Under the pieces are notes generated by a model. The model was given only the letters and a program-made list of their open reading frames with translations, had not been told where the DNA came from and did not search any database. Source: Polymyxa betae A26-41 (Eukaryota > Protista > Endomyxa: Phytomyxea). From it: a stretch of 64,000 nt of DNA. The number at the start of each line of letters is the position of its first letter. Positions within the stretch are counted from its first letter, which is position 1. The translations under genes and the position numbers were made by a program. The DNA lies in contig RBZT01000672.1 in NCBI GenBank assembly GCA_003693705.1, positions 178,838 to 242,837 of the forward strand, written 5' to 3'. Shown here one piece after another: positions 49,845 to 61,877 of this stretch.

Positions 49845-51724
49845 TTATATTGGATTATCGTTTGCAGACTGAACGCTGCTGGCGACACTGAAGCGTCTGG
49901 CGGCAAACATCGCCTGGAGCAGTTTATCGGTGCCATGCATTGCGATACTCTGCCGTCGATATTGTTCGTATATGGCGTCGATGAACTGGCGACCGGCATC
50001 GCCTGCATCGTGGATACGCTCTCCATGCTGAAATTCGTCCTGGACTTGTGATGTTGACAAAATATTGAAATTGGGCCCGACATGACGCCCTGTTGCTACG
50101 CTTGGAGGCATCTGAGATGCCCCCGCGGCATCAATCAGATCGTATCTGAACCATATCGTTTGAAAATGAACCATACATTGCTAAACTGTGCTGCTTACAT
50201 TCGGGTTTGAAGTGCTTCCAGACCTCGTTCTAAAACCAGATGTGCATCAGGAACGTGATTATGGGATAGGAAGTCAGAGATCTGGTCCAGCTGCTGGACG
50301 ATATATTGATGTCGCTCCTGCAGGTCGCTGATCTTGCGCTCTTGGCAATCGATTAGAATACGAAGCTCGTTGCTGCGATCTGCCGTGACCGCCTCCGACT
50401 CGGTGCTGATTTCAACGCCTTCTGCTCTGCTCTCCTGCAGATCGCGCTCCAAGCTGGAACGAAGTCTGGCTAGCGATTCGATCTCTGCTACCAGTTCGAA
50501 CTGTTGCTCCTGAGCCTTCAGGAAATGGTCACTAATGTCGTTGATGTTCTGCAATCCGGTCGCTCTATCACCCAAGATCAGACTTCCAATTGACAAATGC
50601 ATCATGTCGATATAATTACTGGCAGATCCAGCTCAGTACGCCCTTGGTCTGGTCTAATTCACTCAGACGCTGTCTAATCTTGGCTTTGTTGGTTTCGATC
50701 TCGAACTGGACTTGGACCTGTAGGGCGTCCAGCTTCTTGGCGACGGCACGTTGTGATCGTGTCGAATCCTGGACGACGGTTAGCGCAACTGAGTCATAGC
50801 AGTAATCGCCACAGACTTCGTGCAATCTCCGGATGTCGTCGAAGATTTCGAACCTTCGCTGTATAGCCGGGTTCTCCTCTTCGAACGTTTTCAGGCAGTC
50901 CCAATCGCGACGGAATTGTGAAACCTACGAAATCGTTAAATAGTTCAGGGAGGTTTCGCTTGGAGCTGGAACCTGCTTGGCGGCTGCCGTTTGGAGCACT
51001 CCCAGATCGGCGCGAGCTCGGTGAATGTCACGTCGAGTCTGAACCAGACAATCGACCTGGGCATGAATGTTTCGTCGTAACTTGCTCATATCCTGCTCCA
51101 TCGACTTCATGACGATCATCTCAAGACGGTTGCCCTTGACACAGAGCTCGAACTCGTTCTTCACCTGGCGCCATTGTCGTTCGGCCTCAGAAATTCGCTG
51201 CCGAGCGTGCACGATGTCATTCTCGATCAGACGTACTTTCCGTTCGGCGATCCGAACGTTATCGAAGACAAACGAGCCGGACCTGGTTTCCTTTAGATGA
51301 AAAATTTTGTCGATCAAGTTTCTGATATCATTGTCGAGGCGTCGCAAATCGTTTGTGAGCTGGTCGTCGGTGTGAAGAATCGCCGAAGCATGCGACGCCT
51401 TGCTGAACAGAGCATTATCTTGAAGGATGGCGTCGGCGGCAAGCGACTCGTTCAATCTACGGGGAATCTCAGCTTCGATTCGCATGACCGGATCGCCAAC
51501 ATTTGAAATTGGCAGCGCGCCTCTTCAACTCGCTTCTCGATCCTCGACAACGGTTCAGCTAATCGGTGTTTGTTGACGGGTTGCGATTTCAGATCGCGAG
51601 CTGAGAGCTCAAAGGCATGAACCCTTTTCAGAACATGCTGGAACTGATTGATAATATCTTCGGTTTCAGGGTGCAGAGCCCGACGTCCTACAGGACGCGG
51701 GTCTGCAAATGTCGCTGCCGACAT
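49845..51724 (-). CDS. Hypothetical coiled-coil protein, multi-exon
   Basis: Consecutive minus-strand ORFs 51452-51724, 50925-51485, 50616-50825, 50195-50605 and 49845-50174 have heptad-rich E/Q/R/L composition and are joinable by short introns. Confidence 0.6.
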
Positions 51725-52192
51725 CGTCTTAGCGAAACGACGTCCTTCTTAGAAGCAGATTCGCGACTTGTTGGAAATATCTTCGCTGACGCGCGCGGCT
51801 GTCAGAATCAGTTGACAACGCATTATTATCGACCTGCAAGGCTGACGCTGACGACGATGCTGGACCTGATAATAGTGAGAATGAGAATATCAATATGGGA
51901 TCCCCCTTTGACTGCAATGAGTAATGTAGGGGATGAGGCGGCCTCCCATGGGGACTCCCTGACCCTGTTATGAACTATAGAGCCTACTACTATTGCCTAT
52001 AACAGGGAGTGATGGAGACCGCTATCGACACTCTCGTTCCTTTTTCGATTACTCGGGCTAGATCAGTTTTCATTGTTAGGTTTAATAGTGAACAAGACGT
52101 TGCCGGAATTTTGTTGACTGGCGCGGGAGACCAGCAGGATCGGAAGCCGGCACAAGGTCGCGACCAAGCAAAGCTTGTATTCGCGAAACTGT

Positions 52193-53379
52193 TCAGCCTT
52201 GGAATGCAGGTGTCACGATCTGGGCTTGAAGCTTGGCATTGGTACTGCCTGAGAACCCGGTCGCACCCCATTCGACATGCTGCTTCAGTTTCTTGCCACA
52301 ATGACAACAGCACTTCTCGGGAGCCACCAACGTCTCAAAACAGTTCTATAGTAAACTCGTTAAGCGAACGATATAAAGCGTTTAGGTAACAATGCAAGGC
52401 TTTCTAATGCAATTAAATACAAATGCGACAAATGAATCCAAAACCCACCTTGCAAAGGACATGGCCGCAATTCGACAGCCACACCGATTTGACAGCAGAT
52501 GTTAAAGCTTTCCTACAGCTTGGGCACATAAATTTGTAGCTCCGATCAGCCTCTGACGTTGCGTCGTCTACCATATATCAATTCTGTGGCCTTTTCGAAA
52601 AAAAAAAGGTCCATTACCGAGATCGATTCGATCCGTTAATCTAACAGGCCTCAGCTGCGAAAGCTTTAATGGATGTCTCTACAAACAAATCAAATATAGA
52701 ATCAGGTGAGTAAGTTGGTAAGCGAGTACCTCGGGGCATTGCGTTTTCGTATTTGGCGGCACAAGCCTCTTCTCCTTTTTATAATCAGGCTCACAGTTCA
52801 AAGTGCAATCTGGCAGCCAGAATGCACGAAGATTAGGCTTCTTCGAAGATTGCGATTGATTGTTATCAGCATTATCATGTGTAATTCCTGATTCGATTAG
52901 AGCAAATCTATTACAAGTAAGTTCTACAAAATCGAATTAAAATTGGCAAATTTGAACTTTTCGATTTGTTCGTCTTTAACACGAAGTTCTTGTTCTTGTT
53001 GTTCGGCTTGTAGTTGGCGTAATTCTTCCTCATATTTGGCCTCGGCTGCCTAAGCTATTCAGCAACGAGCTATTATACAGGTCATTGCCTACTTTAATAA
53101 CTTGCTTCTGATGCAAAAGATTGTCATAGATACAGGCTTTGCAGAAGACATGTCCTTCTGAGCAAGCTTGTGCATCAATCGCCTAAACCATACCTATTAG
53201 ATGGTGATTGAAATTGCCAATTGGTAAAAGGCGACCAGTTCGAGGCAGAGAGTACAAGCTTCTGGTCTTTTCTGGCTATCGGCGCCAAGACGAGCCGTCT
53301 GGGTGCCATACTTCAGTTTGCGCTTCTCGCCATACGAGAAATATTGCCTGGCTGTGGCATTCTTAGAATGGCGAGGCAT
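52193..53379 (-). CDS. NOSIP: Nitric oxide synthase-interacting protein (RING/U-box E3)
   Basis: MPRHSKNATA...FSYGEKRKLKYGTQTARLGADSQK..EAC.LCL, GHVFCKACIYDNLLHQK, F.CPSCRKALT..CGHV.C and the C-terminal GATGFSG..L.A..TPAF. Confidence 0.9.
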
Positions 53380-53785
53380 CCCTAAGACGTCACCGATATC
53401 GGCAAAAGAATGCGAACTGCGTCCGATCTGACTTTCGTTGTGAGACAATACTAATGCATTGACCAAATGCTTGTCAGATTCATAATAGCAGGTCGAATTA
53501 TGAGAGCAGAGTGACTAAATCAATTATGCCAATAGTGTCTCGATTGTAAGTCGGGGCGACTTGGAGCATAGTTGCAATCCAGGGAAATCGACAACAATAG
53601 AATTATAGAAGAGGTAGCCGCAGTGCCTGATTATATAGTCGCTTCAAGAATAGCGAGATGCTACATCACCACAATGAGCTAGACGCAATCTGGCAAAAAA
53701 AATCGTCCCCTGCGGAAGTGACAGTCTTCCGAATAAGTTGCATCCTGGTTTGCTGCATTCCGAAAAGGCCGATGTATTTCTGTTA

Positions 53786-54501
53786 TCATAAGTACGCTGC
53801 GACTTGCCCATGAAGTAGCTGCAGTACCACATAATCAGTTATCTGTTTGACTTTCTCGATGCATTTGGGAGTTTTTAACGTAAATTTCGGCAGATCGCTC
53901 CAGAAAGTCGAGTTCCTCTGGGCGCAAATCGCGAAAGTATCGAGCCGGATTCCCCGCCCAAATCTATACACAACAAGATCATTATCTAAAACCAAATTCA
54001 AATACAAATAAGGGAAATCGACCAAGCCTGCTTGAAAGCGTGCAGAATGTCGGCATACCTGTCCAGAAGTGACAATAGACCCGGGTTGAAGAACAGCACC
54101 AGCAGCAAGTTGAGATTTCGATTCCATCTCGGCACCAGTAATTATTGATCCGATCCCAACCAGACAATAATCGCCAATTCGGCAGCCATGTAGACGAGCA
54201 GCATGACCGATTGTGGCCCCAATCCCGATACTCACAGGATTCTGCTTGTCGCCAGCGACCACCGCCCCGTCTTGTATATTCGTATCTTTTCCAACTTTCA
54301 CATCTCCTTTCGAAAAGTCAATGACAGAACGACCTCGATTTGTGATACTCTGCCCTGAACGACAGTATTATACCAGACACTGCATCTAGAGCCTAATGCT
54401 ACTGGGCCTTGAACAGTGGCTGTTGGTGCGATCCAAGCTTGAGAATCTATAGCTGCCAGCTTTGCCAGCCACCGGATGCGAGTCCGGAACGGAATCATCA
54501 T
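53786..54501 (-). CDS. Gamma carbonic anhydrase-like hexapeptide-repeat protein (3' end approximate)
   Basis: AWIAPTATVQGPVALG..CSVWYNTVVQG, VGKDTNIQDGAVV, IGHAARLHGCRIG..CLVGIGSI and VWAGNPARYFRDL..EE. Confidence 0.85.
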
Positions 54502-54666
54502 TGAAGGCGCCAATATCAAATAGATGCCATCACATAAGCTTCATAATAGTTCCGTTAAAGACTGCCTACTACAGTAATAGCATCTGTCTATAGAGAAACT
54601 TTTGTGAAAGCTTAGAAAGGTGACATTGAGATGCGTTCTATGAATGATAGTTAGATAGACTGCAGT

Positions 54667-55338
54667 TTATGCTAATCCATCATGCCAGCTTGATCGTGGA
54701 TGGGTTTTACGGTGGTTGGATCGGGGCCAGAGGTACAGATTGCAAATCGCACCGAAAAAGACCAGTTGGAATGCTACGAAAGCAATCCAGTTGAAAGGTT
54801 GGTTTCTTGAGAGTTCGGGGACTTCATATGAGAGCACCAAGGTTCTGGGATTGAATCCTTCTCCCATCTTCTTCTTGAAATAGGACGTTGATGTTTGATA
54901 CAGATTGTCTAGCGACGACCTCAGCTTTCTCAGTTCCTCATTAAGACCAGCCAATTTCGAGACGTGGTCGCCAAATCGTTTCTGAACCATAGCGTTCTCG
55001 TCACCTACCCCATTCGATATCAATGAAATGGTTTGCCCCAAAGCGGCAAGAATTTGATCAAGTTCAAAGAAGGAGCGGCTTGACATGGGCATGGTTTGGA
55101 AGCCAGACACAGTATTATGTGCTGACCAGGCGATGTAATTTTCGATATTATGCTCGAACTCTTTAAAAGCTTGGCCTGCAGCTTGAGCTTCCAACACCTT
55201 ATGAGAGGTTGCATGGATCAAGTTGTCCAGTTTGCCATGTGACTCGGCAAACATATTATTATTGCCAGGCACCGGTTGACTCTTCACTGTTATTGCCAGT
55301 AAAGCCAGGATTAAGTACGTATTCAGTACTGAAACCAT
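54667..55338 (-). CDS. Single-exon type I membrane/secreted protein with coiled coil
   Basis: 223-aa ORF with signal peptide MVSVLNTYLILALLAITVKS, coiled coil LAGLNEELRKLRSSLDNL and a C-terminal TM WIAFVAFQLVFFGAICNLYLW. Confidence 0.7.
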   Translation of the reverse strand: MVSVLNTYLILALLAITVKSQPVPGNNNMFAESHGKLDNLIHATSHKVLEAQAAGQAFKEFEHNIENYIAWSAHNTVSGFQTMPMSSRSFFELDQILAALGQTISLISNGVGDENAMVQKRFGDHVSKLAGLNEELRKLRSSLDNLYQTSTSYFKKKMGEGFNPRTLVLSYEVPELSRNQPFNWIAFVAFQLVFFGAICNLYLWPRSNHRKTHPRSSWHDGLA

Positions 55339-55522
55339 TTTACATTATAAAAGGAGACACCCGAACGATGACCGAATCCAAAATTCCAAGACATGGCTAA
55401 ACCAAAGGTCCGAAAAAAATTGTGAGTTCCGGCGAAGTTCTAAATTACAGCTTTTCTGAGTGAAGAATTAATTAGTAGACAAACGTTAGAGAGTAATAGT
55501 TAAAATGCTGGTTTAACTTTCA

Positions 55523-57458
55523 TTATTTACGATCTACAATTCGGGTCCGAATGGAGTTGGGTAGAGCGCTAATCTTCTGGTACGCCTCATAAGCAATATG
55601 ATCATCTATTTGACAAATCATATATCCAATTTTCCTGTAGATCATCAGTTCTCAAAATCCATATATATAACAACACGAGCGCACCCTTGAGTTCCCAAAA
55701 CTTGGGCAGAAATATTGTAATCAGACAGAGCATTATTGATTTCCTTTCGATACCAATCACGATGACAGCGTGAGAGAGTTCTGGATGAGACTTACTCGAA
55801 GTACCCCTGGAACATTGCGATGGATGTTCATGATTCGGCATTTCGCACCATCTTGGATCATATTGACGTTGGGGAAATTCACCGCTGATGTCTGGGAACA
55901 TGCTTGAAAGTCGATTCTACAAAGTTCTGGAGCCTTACAGTGTTTCCAGTCACGATGTAATCAATAAGTTTTTCTGCAACCTCATAGCCAATCGCTTCCT
56001 GGGCTTCCTCTGTTGATCCACCTAGAAACAGAACATGATGAATGGGCGTTGCCAGTACAAAGAAAAAATAGAGATGAATGCATGCTACAGCGAGCACTGT
56101 GGATTTCTTTACCTATATGAGGCGTGAGAATAGTATTTGAGCATCCTTGAAGAGGGCTAGAGAATGAGCCACCAGCTGCGGGCTCTTCAGGGAATACATC
56201 GATTGCTGCTCCCAAAAGATGCTAGAAAACATGAATTTGGGTGTACAAAGTTGAACTACAAATGATTTACTCTAGATTTCAATGCGGAAGCTAATGCATT
56301 TACATCGACACATTTTCCTCTTGCATAGTTTATCAAAAATGAGCGCCCCTAGTTGTCAATTAGCCACATTCTGAAATTGTAAAAGAAATAAACTTGCCGG
56401 CTTCATTTGAGCTATCTCTTGTTCCCCAATGAGATTAACTGTTAATGGCGTAAGAGGCACATGTAGCGATACAAAATCGGATTCAGACAGTAACTACACC
56501 ATGTCAGTGCAAACTGAAATGCCAATCGCAAAATCATGTACGTCATTCTGCGATGAAACTGGTGTTGCATTCCCCAAAGGCATTTTACGATCAATATCGT
56601 AGAAGATCACTCGCATCCCCAAAGCCTCAGCTAGAACAGAAAGTTGTGAACCAACGTGTCCTGAAATGTCTTATTAAGTTTCCTTCTCAAGAATCGACCC
56701 ATGGACTAACCGTATCCAATAATGCCCAGAGTTTTGCCCCGAACTTCGTATCGGTTTTGGGACGATTTGTTCCATTTCCCCTATTCGCAATAAATCAGAA
56801 TGTCCAACAGCATTGCAAACACTTACAGTATGCATCGCCCCACTGCATTCTGTCAGACCTCGTGCCAGCCCAATAATGCATGAAAGCACAATCTCAGCGA
56901 CACTGCGAGTGTTGGCGAAAGGGGCGTTGAAAACCGGAACCCCTCGCTCAGCGGCTACTTCCAAATCCGTCTGATCCGTTCCTAGAAAGGAATGTCAAAA
57001 TGACTTCAGGGTGTGCGGCAAAGCAAGAACCGATACAGAAACAGCCAATGGTTACTGGACCAGACTTCGAAATAGCTTCTAGCACTTCGGCAGTTAATTT
57101 GGTTTTCGATCGAATCCCGATGATGTTCGCCTAAAACGCTTCAATAAATACAAGCAGACCCAAATGCGTCATCTCCAAACTTGAGTACTTTTGGAATCTT
57201 CTTGATCAAGTCTTCGCGACTGATTCGTGACAGTGCTTCAACTTCAAAGCCTTGTCGCTCGAAGGCATCAACAGCGTTCTGCGAAACCGCCTCCAGAAGC
57301 AGTACCTTGACCGGCTGGAGATTGAGATCAGAGATGGCACTGAGATCGAGTTCACCCTCCATGGTTGAGAGATTCTTTAAGTGATTTAAGTAGATACTGA
57401 TTCAATGTGAAATCGATGAAGTAACATGAGCGACTGCGACTTCTGGTGCCACATCCAT
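55523..57458 (-). CDS. PHGDH: D-3-phosphoglycerate dehydrogenase (SerA/SER3 type with ACT domain)
   Basis: VLLLEAV, GIRSKTKLT, IGCFCIGTDQ, PVFNAPFANTRSVAE, EVRGKTLGIIGYG, SLHVPLT, INYARG, GAAIDVFPEEP, NTILTPHIGGSTEEAQEAIG and ACT-domain HRNVPGVL. Confidence 0.95.
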
Positions 57459-57549
57459 CCAGTACCCTACTTGGCAGAACTGCGTCTGCCTTCAAGCAAT
57501 CTGTCATTGAAAACATTCCGCAGCATCTAGGTGAGGCCAGATTCGGCTA

Positions 57550-58094
57550 TTGATGGCAAATATCAGCATCGGTTTTGGATTACTTCAAGCGTTGACGAAA
57601 CGCGACTCAACTGAAGGAGTCTTGTAAGGGTATAAAATGCCAATGGGGATACTTACGATTGCAAATTCGTAAAATCGCACAGCAGTCAAAACTCAGAGGA
57701 CAGGCGCGAGACAATGGATATGATTCTAAACTGGCAGTAATCCTATTTTCCGATTCCATCTAACACAAAAGATCGGGTTTGGCGGGATTTAGAAATGGTA
57801 GTGTATAAGAAAAATGACATCGCTATGGATAAGAGCGCAGGAGTTAGTTGGCAAACAGAAGGACAGATTACAAGGAATGTAGCGCGTATTATACACCTGA
57901 CCGCTATAGCTAGAGCGACCAAGCACCTTGTCGTATGCGCATGCAGCAATTATGCTTATCGCAGACTGAGGAATTGGCGTCCACCATCCCTTTACGCAAA
58001 ATCTGCAATTCGTCATAGACTCATAGTGCCCTTTCACCTCGCGGAAGTCTGAGTTGATAAATGACAGTAAAGTTGGCCTTTGGCCATTGCTCAT
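57550..58094 (-). CDS. Possible small spliced Cys-containing hypothetical protein
   Basis: ORF 57789-58094 (CRFC...AAC) plus downstream short GT-AG-bounded segments. The structure is not resolved. Confidence 0.25.
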
Positions 58095-58747
58095 GTAAAC
58101 AGAAGTTTCTCGGCGCGTGAAACCAGCTGAAAATTATTTCAAGTTTCATTGTGCTTGTGATAAAGACATATTTCAATAAGAAAATAAAAATAACCATTCC
58201 TCAGGAGTTCAACCAAATTTGTACTGACCCCAAGAAAAATGGATTGCATTTGATTGAAATGCCAACAAAGAGAGCTGTCTAAGATTTCATTTGAAAAAAA
58301 CTCAATCTGCATGCTTTCTCAACAAAACGTTACGATATATTTGCACAAATCCCTGCTTTAGATCAGGACTATTTCAGTCATCGTTATGACGGAAACTGTC
58401 TCAGTATGATCATGGTTTGACTCTGGATAAACCATCGAAAAACTGCACCGAACGAACAATGCGACGAATAATTTCGTCAGGAGCAGCGACGACCTCATAG
58501 ATGTTATCTAATTAAAGAATGTCGCTCTGCAATCCACATTCTACAAATTATACGGAAATTCGTAAAACGATTCTCATGAAAACTTTAAAAGACCCATGGA
58601 ACATATGAGATTCGGGTTTCGGTCCAAATGCCATCGCCAACCGATCACTTCATGAGTATGTGTGACTGATACCAAGTTTGTGTCATCGAGCTGGTAGTAT
58701 CATCTGAGTTGTGCTTTTGACGACTTGAGGGGGAATCCATTATAATC

Positions 58748-61700
58748 ATGTCGACCTCAAATCCGAAATCTTCCGAGAGAACGGCAGCTACGACAGCGGC
58801 CAGCAAATCTTCACATATCACATCCAAACGATCGATTATGTTTGGATCGCATCGAACAGGAAAAGGTAGCTGCGATATCTGTGCTATCGATTGAGACGAA
58901 TTTGGGTTCAGGAACGACGATGCGATCTGGCCGTTCTGTAAGAACTAAAGATCCATTACGAGTCATCATCAACGGTGTCGATGTCACACCCTTACCGCTG
59001 ATCGAGACTAAAGACGCCAAAGTAAAGAAGAAATCGTCCTCGAGTAAATCATTATCGAGTCGGAGAACAAAAGTAACACACCGAAACCGTTTAACTTCTT
59101 ATAATAATCACCAAACAGGGCGGCTCATCGATGATGGTGACGGATTCCAGCATAACCTCTTCTAAAGTTCCATCAAACTCGAGCAATGCGACCAGCATAC
59201 GAGAAGGTCCTGGTTCGTCATCTTTGAGCGACATTATCTGAATTCGCCAGTGTAGGATCGGATAGAAACGGTATCGATGCTGGGTTATCGATGAGCTCGA
59301 TAACATCAGACAGTTCTGAGATTGTTAGCGATGACGGTCGCTCTGAGATCGCTGTTGGATATAGCGATGGAGATCAGAGCTCGGGCAATGAAACTGACGA
59401 TATTGAGCGTGTGCTAGTCGACGCTAGTACACTGCCAGTTGAACATGCAAACGTCGCTGAGCAGGTTCGGTCGAAAATCATTCGACTGTAAACGTTCGCT
59501 TAACGATTTAGTCAGGTTCATGAAGAGCCTATTACTATTGAGTATAGCCCAATCGAACTGAATCAACTTTTGGAGGTACGACTTTCCGAATCGACCACCC
59601 AAACTGTTTTGAACCTTCCTTCCATCTGTGTGTGGTCGAAGCAAACAGATCTCACTGCCAAAGTCGAGGTGACGCTTCCTTTCCGATCCTTCGCATTAGA
59701 CTCGTGTACTCACCCACGAGCAGAAAGATGTCCAGGCCTATCAGCAGAGGTTAGCCTCCAAGGCGACAGCTTCAGAGCGCTCTGCTCAGACATTCAATCT
59801 GCCATTGAAGACCAAAGAGGTGCAAGCTCAACCTCCTTGGAAATACAATGTAACGTTACTCCAGTATCAATCGACGACTCTGAGGGAGCCTCCTAGGTCG
59901 GCTGTCAAACCTCCAAATGGGACATTCATGATAGATTCGCTGCCAGCTCGACGCATGTCAATACAAAGGAGTCGAAAGCAGCGACCGCAGGTTAGATGGG
60001 CGCTGTTATTAATTGATGCATTTATGGTTCTGTATCTAGATGAGATCCAATCGCCTTATCCAAGACTTTTGAGATCGCTAATCACAGTCGAGAAGGCACT
60101 GATTCAAAATGAGATCCATGACAAGCATCTCTTATATCGGAATCAAGAACTTTTAATGCCTGCCCAACCAATATCGTAATGTCGTTCAATTTTTCCTTTC
60201 AGTATCTAAACAAAATATGAAGCAAACAGCAACCCGAACGTAGCCCGAGTTTATTGCAAATGAAAACGACCGAATCCGACTCAACTGGAGGAGAACAGGT
60301 TATTGGCGGCCTGGATCGACTCTGGACATTCGGCTGTAAAGCTGTGTATGAGCTATCTAACATATTGCTATATTACTGAATGCTCTCAGGGCCGATTTCT
60401 GTGTAAACGGCATGGATTGGAATAGGGTCAATCCTGATTTATTAGCAGCTGGATATGGACCTGCAGAGTTTAACGACTCTGTTAAATTCGGTAATAATGC
60501 TGTGAGCATATTCTTCAAACCATCACAACGTTTGCATCGCAGAGATTGGTTCAGATGCCGGACTAATCGCCTTATGGACTTTGAAGAATCCAGAATGCCC
60601 GACACGCTTAATCCGGTCCAAGATCGGTGTCACCAGTGTTGATTTCAGTTCGGAGCACCCACAGCTATTGGCAGGTTAATATTATCATTGTTCAGATTAC
60701 AATATCTGTAATGTGGTCATTTAGCGGGACTTTACGATGGGTCGCTAGCCATCTACGACGTTCGGATGGCTGGCAGTTCGCCAGTTTTGAAAGCTGCTTA
60801 CGGCACCCACTCACATAGCGATCCTGTATGGAGTGTGAAGTGGACCTCGAAAGGGAGTCAAGGCAGCGAATCCATCATGTCGGTATCAACAGACGGCCAT
60901 ATTAAACAATGGAGTATGAAAAAGGGTCTATTCGCTCACGATGTCATGATTCTGAAACGCATCCAAAACCCACAGGCCCTTGCCAACGATTCGGGTAGGC
61001 GATTGCAATCAGTTATTTTTGTCGGTGTAACCACTTAGCAGGTGAGGGCATGATTAATCGTATTGGCTCCAGCCTTTGTTTCGATTTCTCCCGAATCGAT
61101 TCGACTTTGTACCTAACTGGAACCGAAGATGGCGTTGTTCATAAATGCTCAAAGTCATACAATGAGCAGGTCTTTTGGAACTTCGTATAAAACGATCATT
61201 CTGACTGACAGATATTTTCAGGTAATTGAAAGCTATTTCGGACATACTGGCCCGATCAATAGGGTGAAGATCTCGCCGTTTCTTGATCATGCGTTCGTCA
61301 CTGCATCAGCAGATTGCACAGTTAGAGTATGGACTCAGGTACGGAGTCAAATGTTTTGCATTGAACTGAAACAATGTGGCTGAAATGGCTTAAGAAATCG
61401 ACACAACCTGCGCTGACTCTTCAATGTGGTTATGATTATATCATGGACGTGGATTGGTCTCCGAATAATTCTTGCGTATTTGCATCTGTATCGAGAGATG
61501 GACGTCTAGATGTAAGCTTATCTATATCTTTTCGTTTAAAAAATCGGATTTTGAAACAATTTGCACAAAACAGGTTTGGAACATCGAGAGTTCAACAGTA
61601 AATCCTTGGGTGACACAGTCGGCTGATCCTGGAAGAATGCTGAATTCGGTTCTATTCGGGGTAAAGGCTCCTGTTATAATGACGGGAGCTCGAGATGGAA

Positions 61701-61795
61701 ATATTGATGCGTTCCGTCTGTATGGGTTGAATTCAGGTGGGACTGTAGAAGAGCAGCAACTTAGGTTCTCTTCTGCTCTTTCCAATCAAAACTAA
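58748..61795 (+). CDS. DNAI4: Axonemal dynein intermediate chain, WDR78/DNAI4 (IC138)-like WD40 protein
   Basis: RVIINGVDVTPLPL, VRLSESTT.TVL.LPS, VEKALIQN, W N.VNPDLLAAGYG, LWTLKNPECP, HSDPVWSVKW, SVSTDGHIKQW, GTEDGVVHKCS.SYNEQ and GHTGPINRV..SPF. Confidence 0.85.
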
Positions 61796-61877
61796 TTCTG
61801 TGTCAATGTATAATCACAATAGCATTCCTTCATGGTGTCATTTAAGCAAAACTAACATTTTAGACACTAAAATATAT

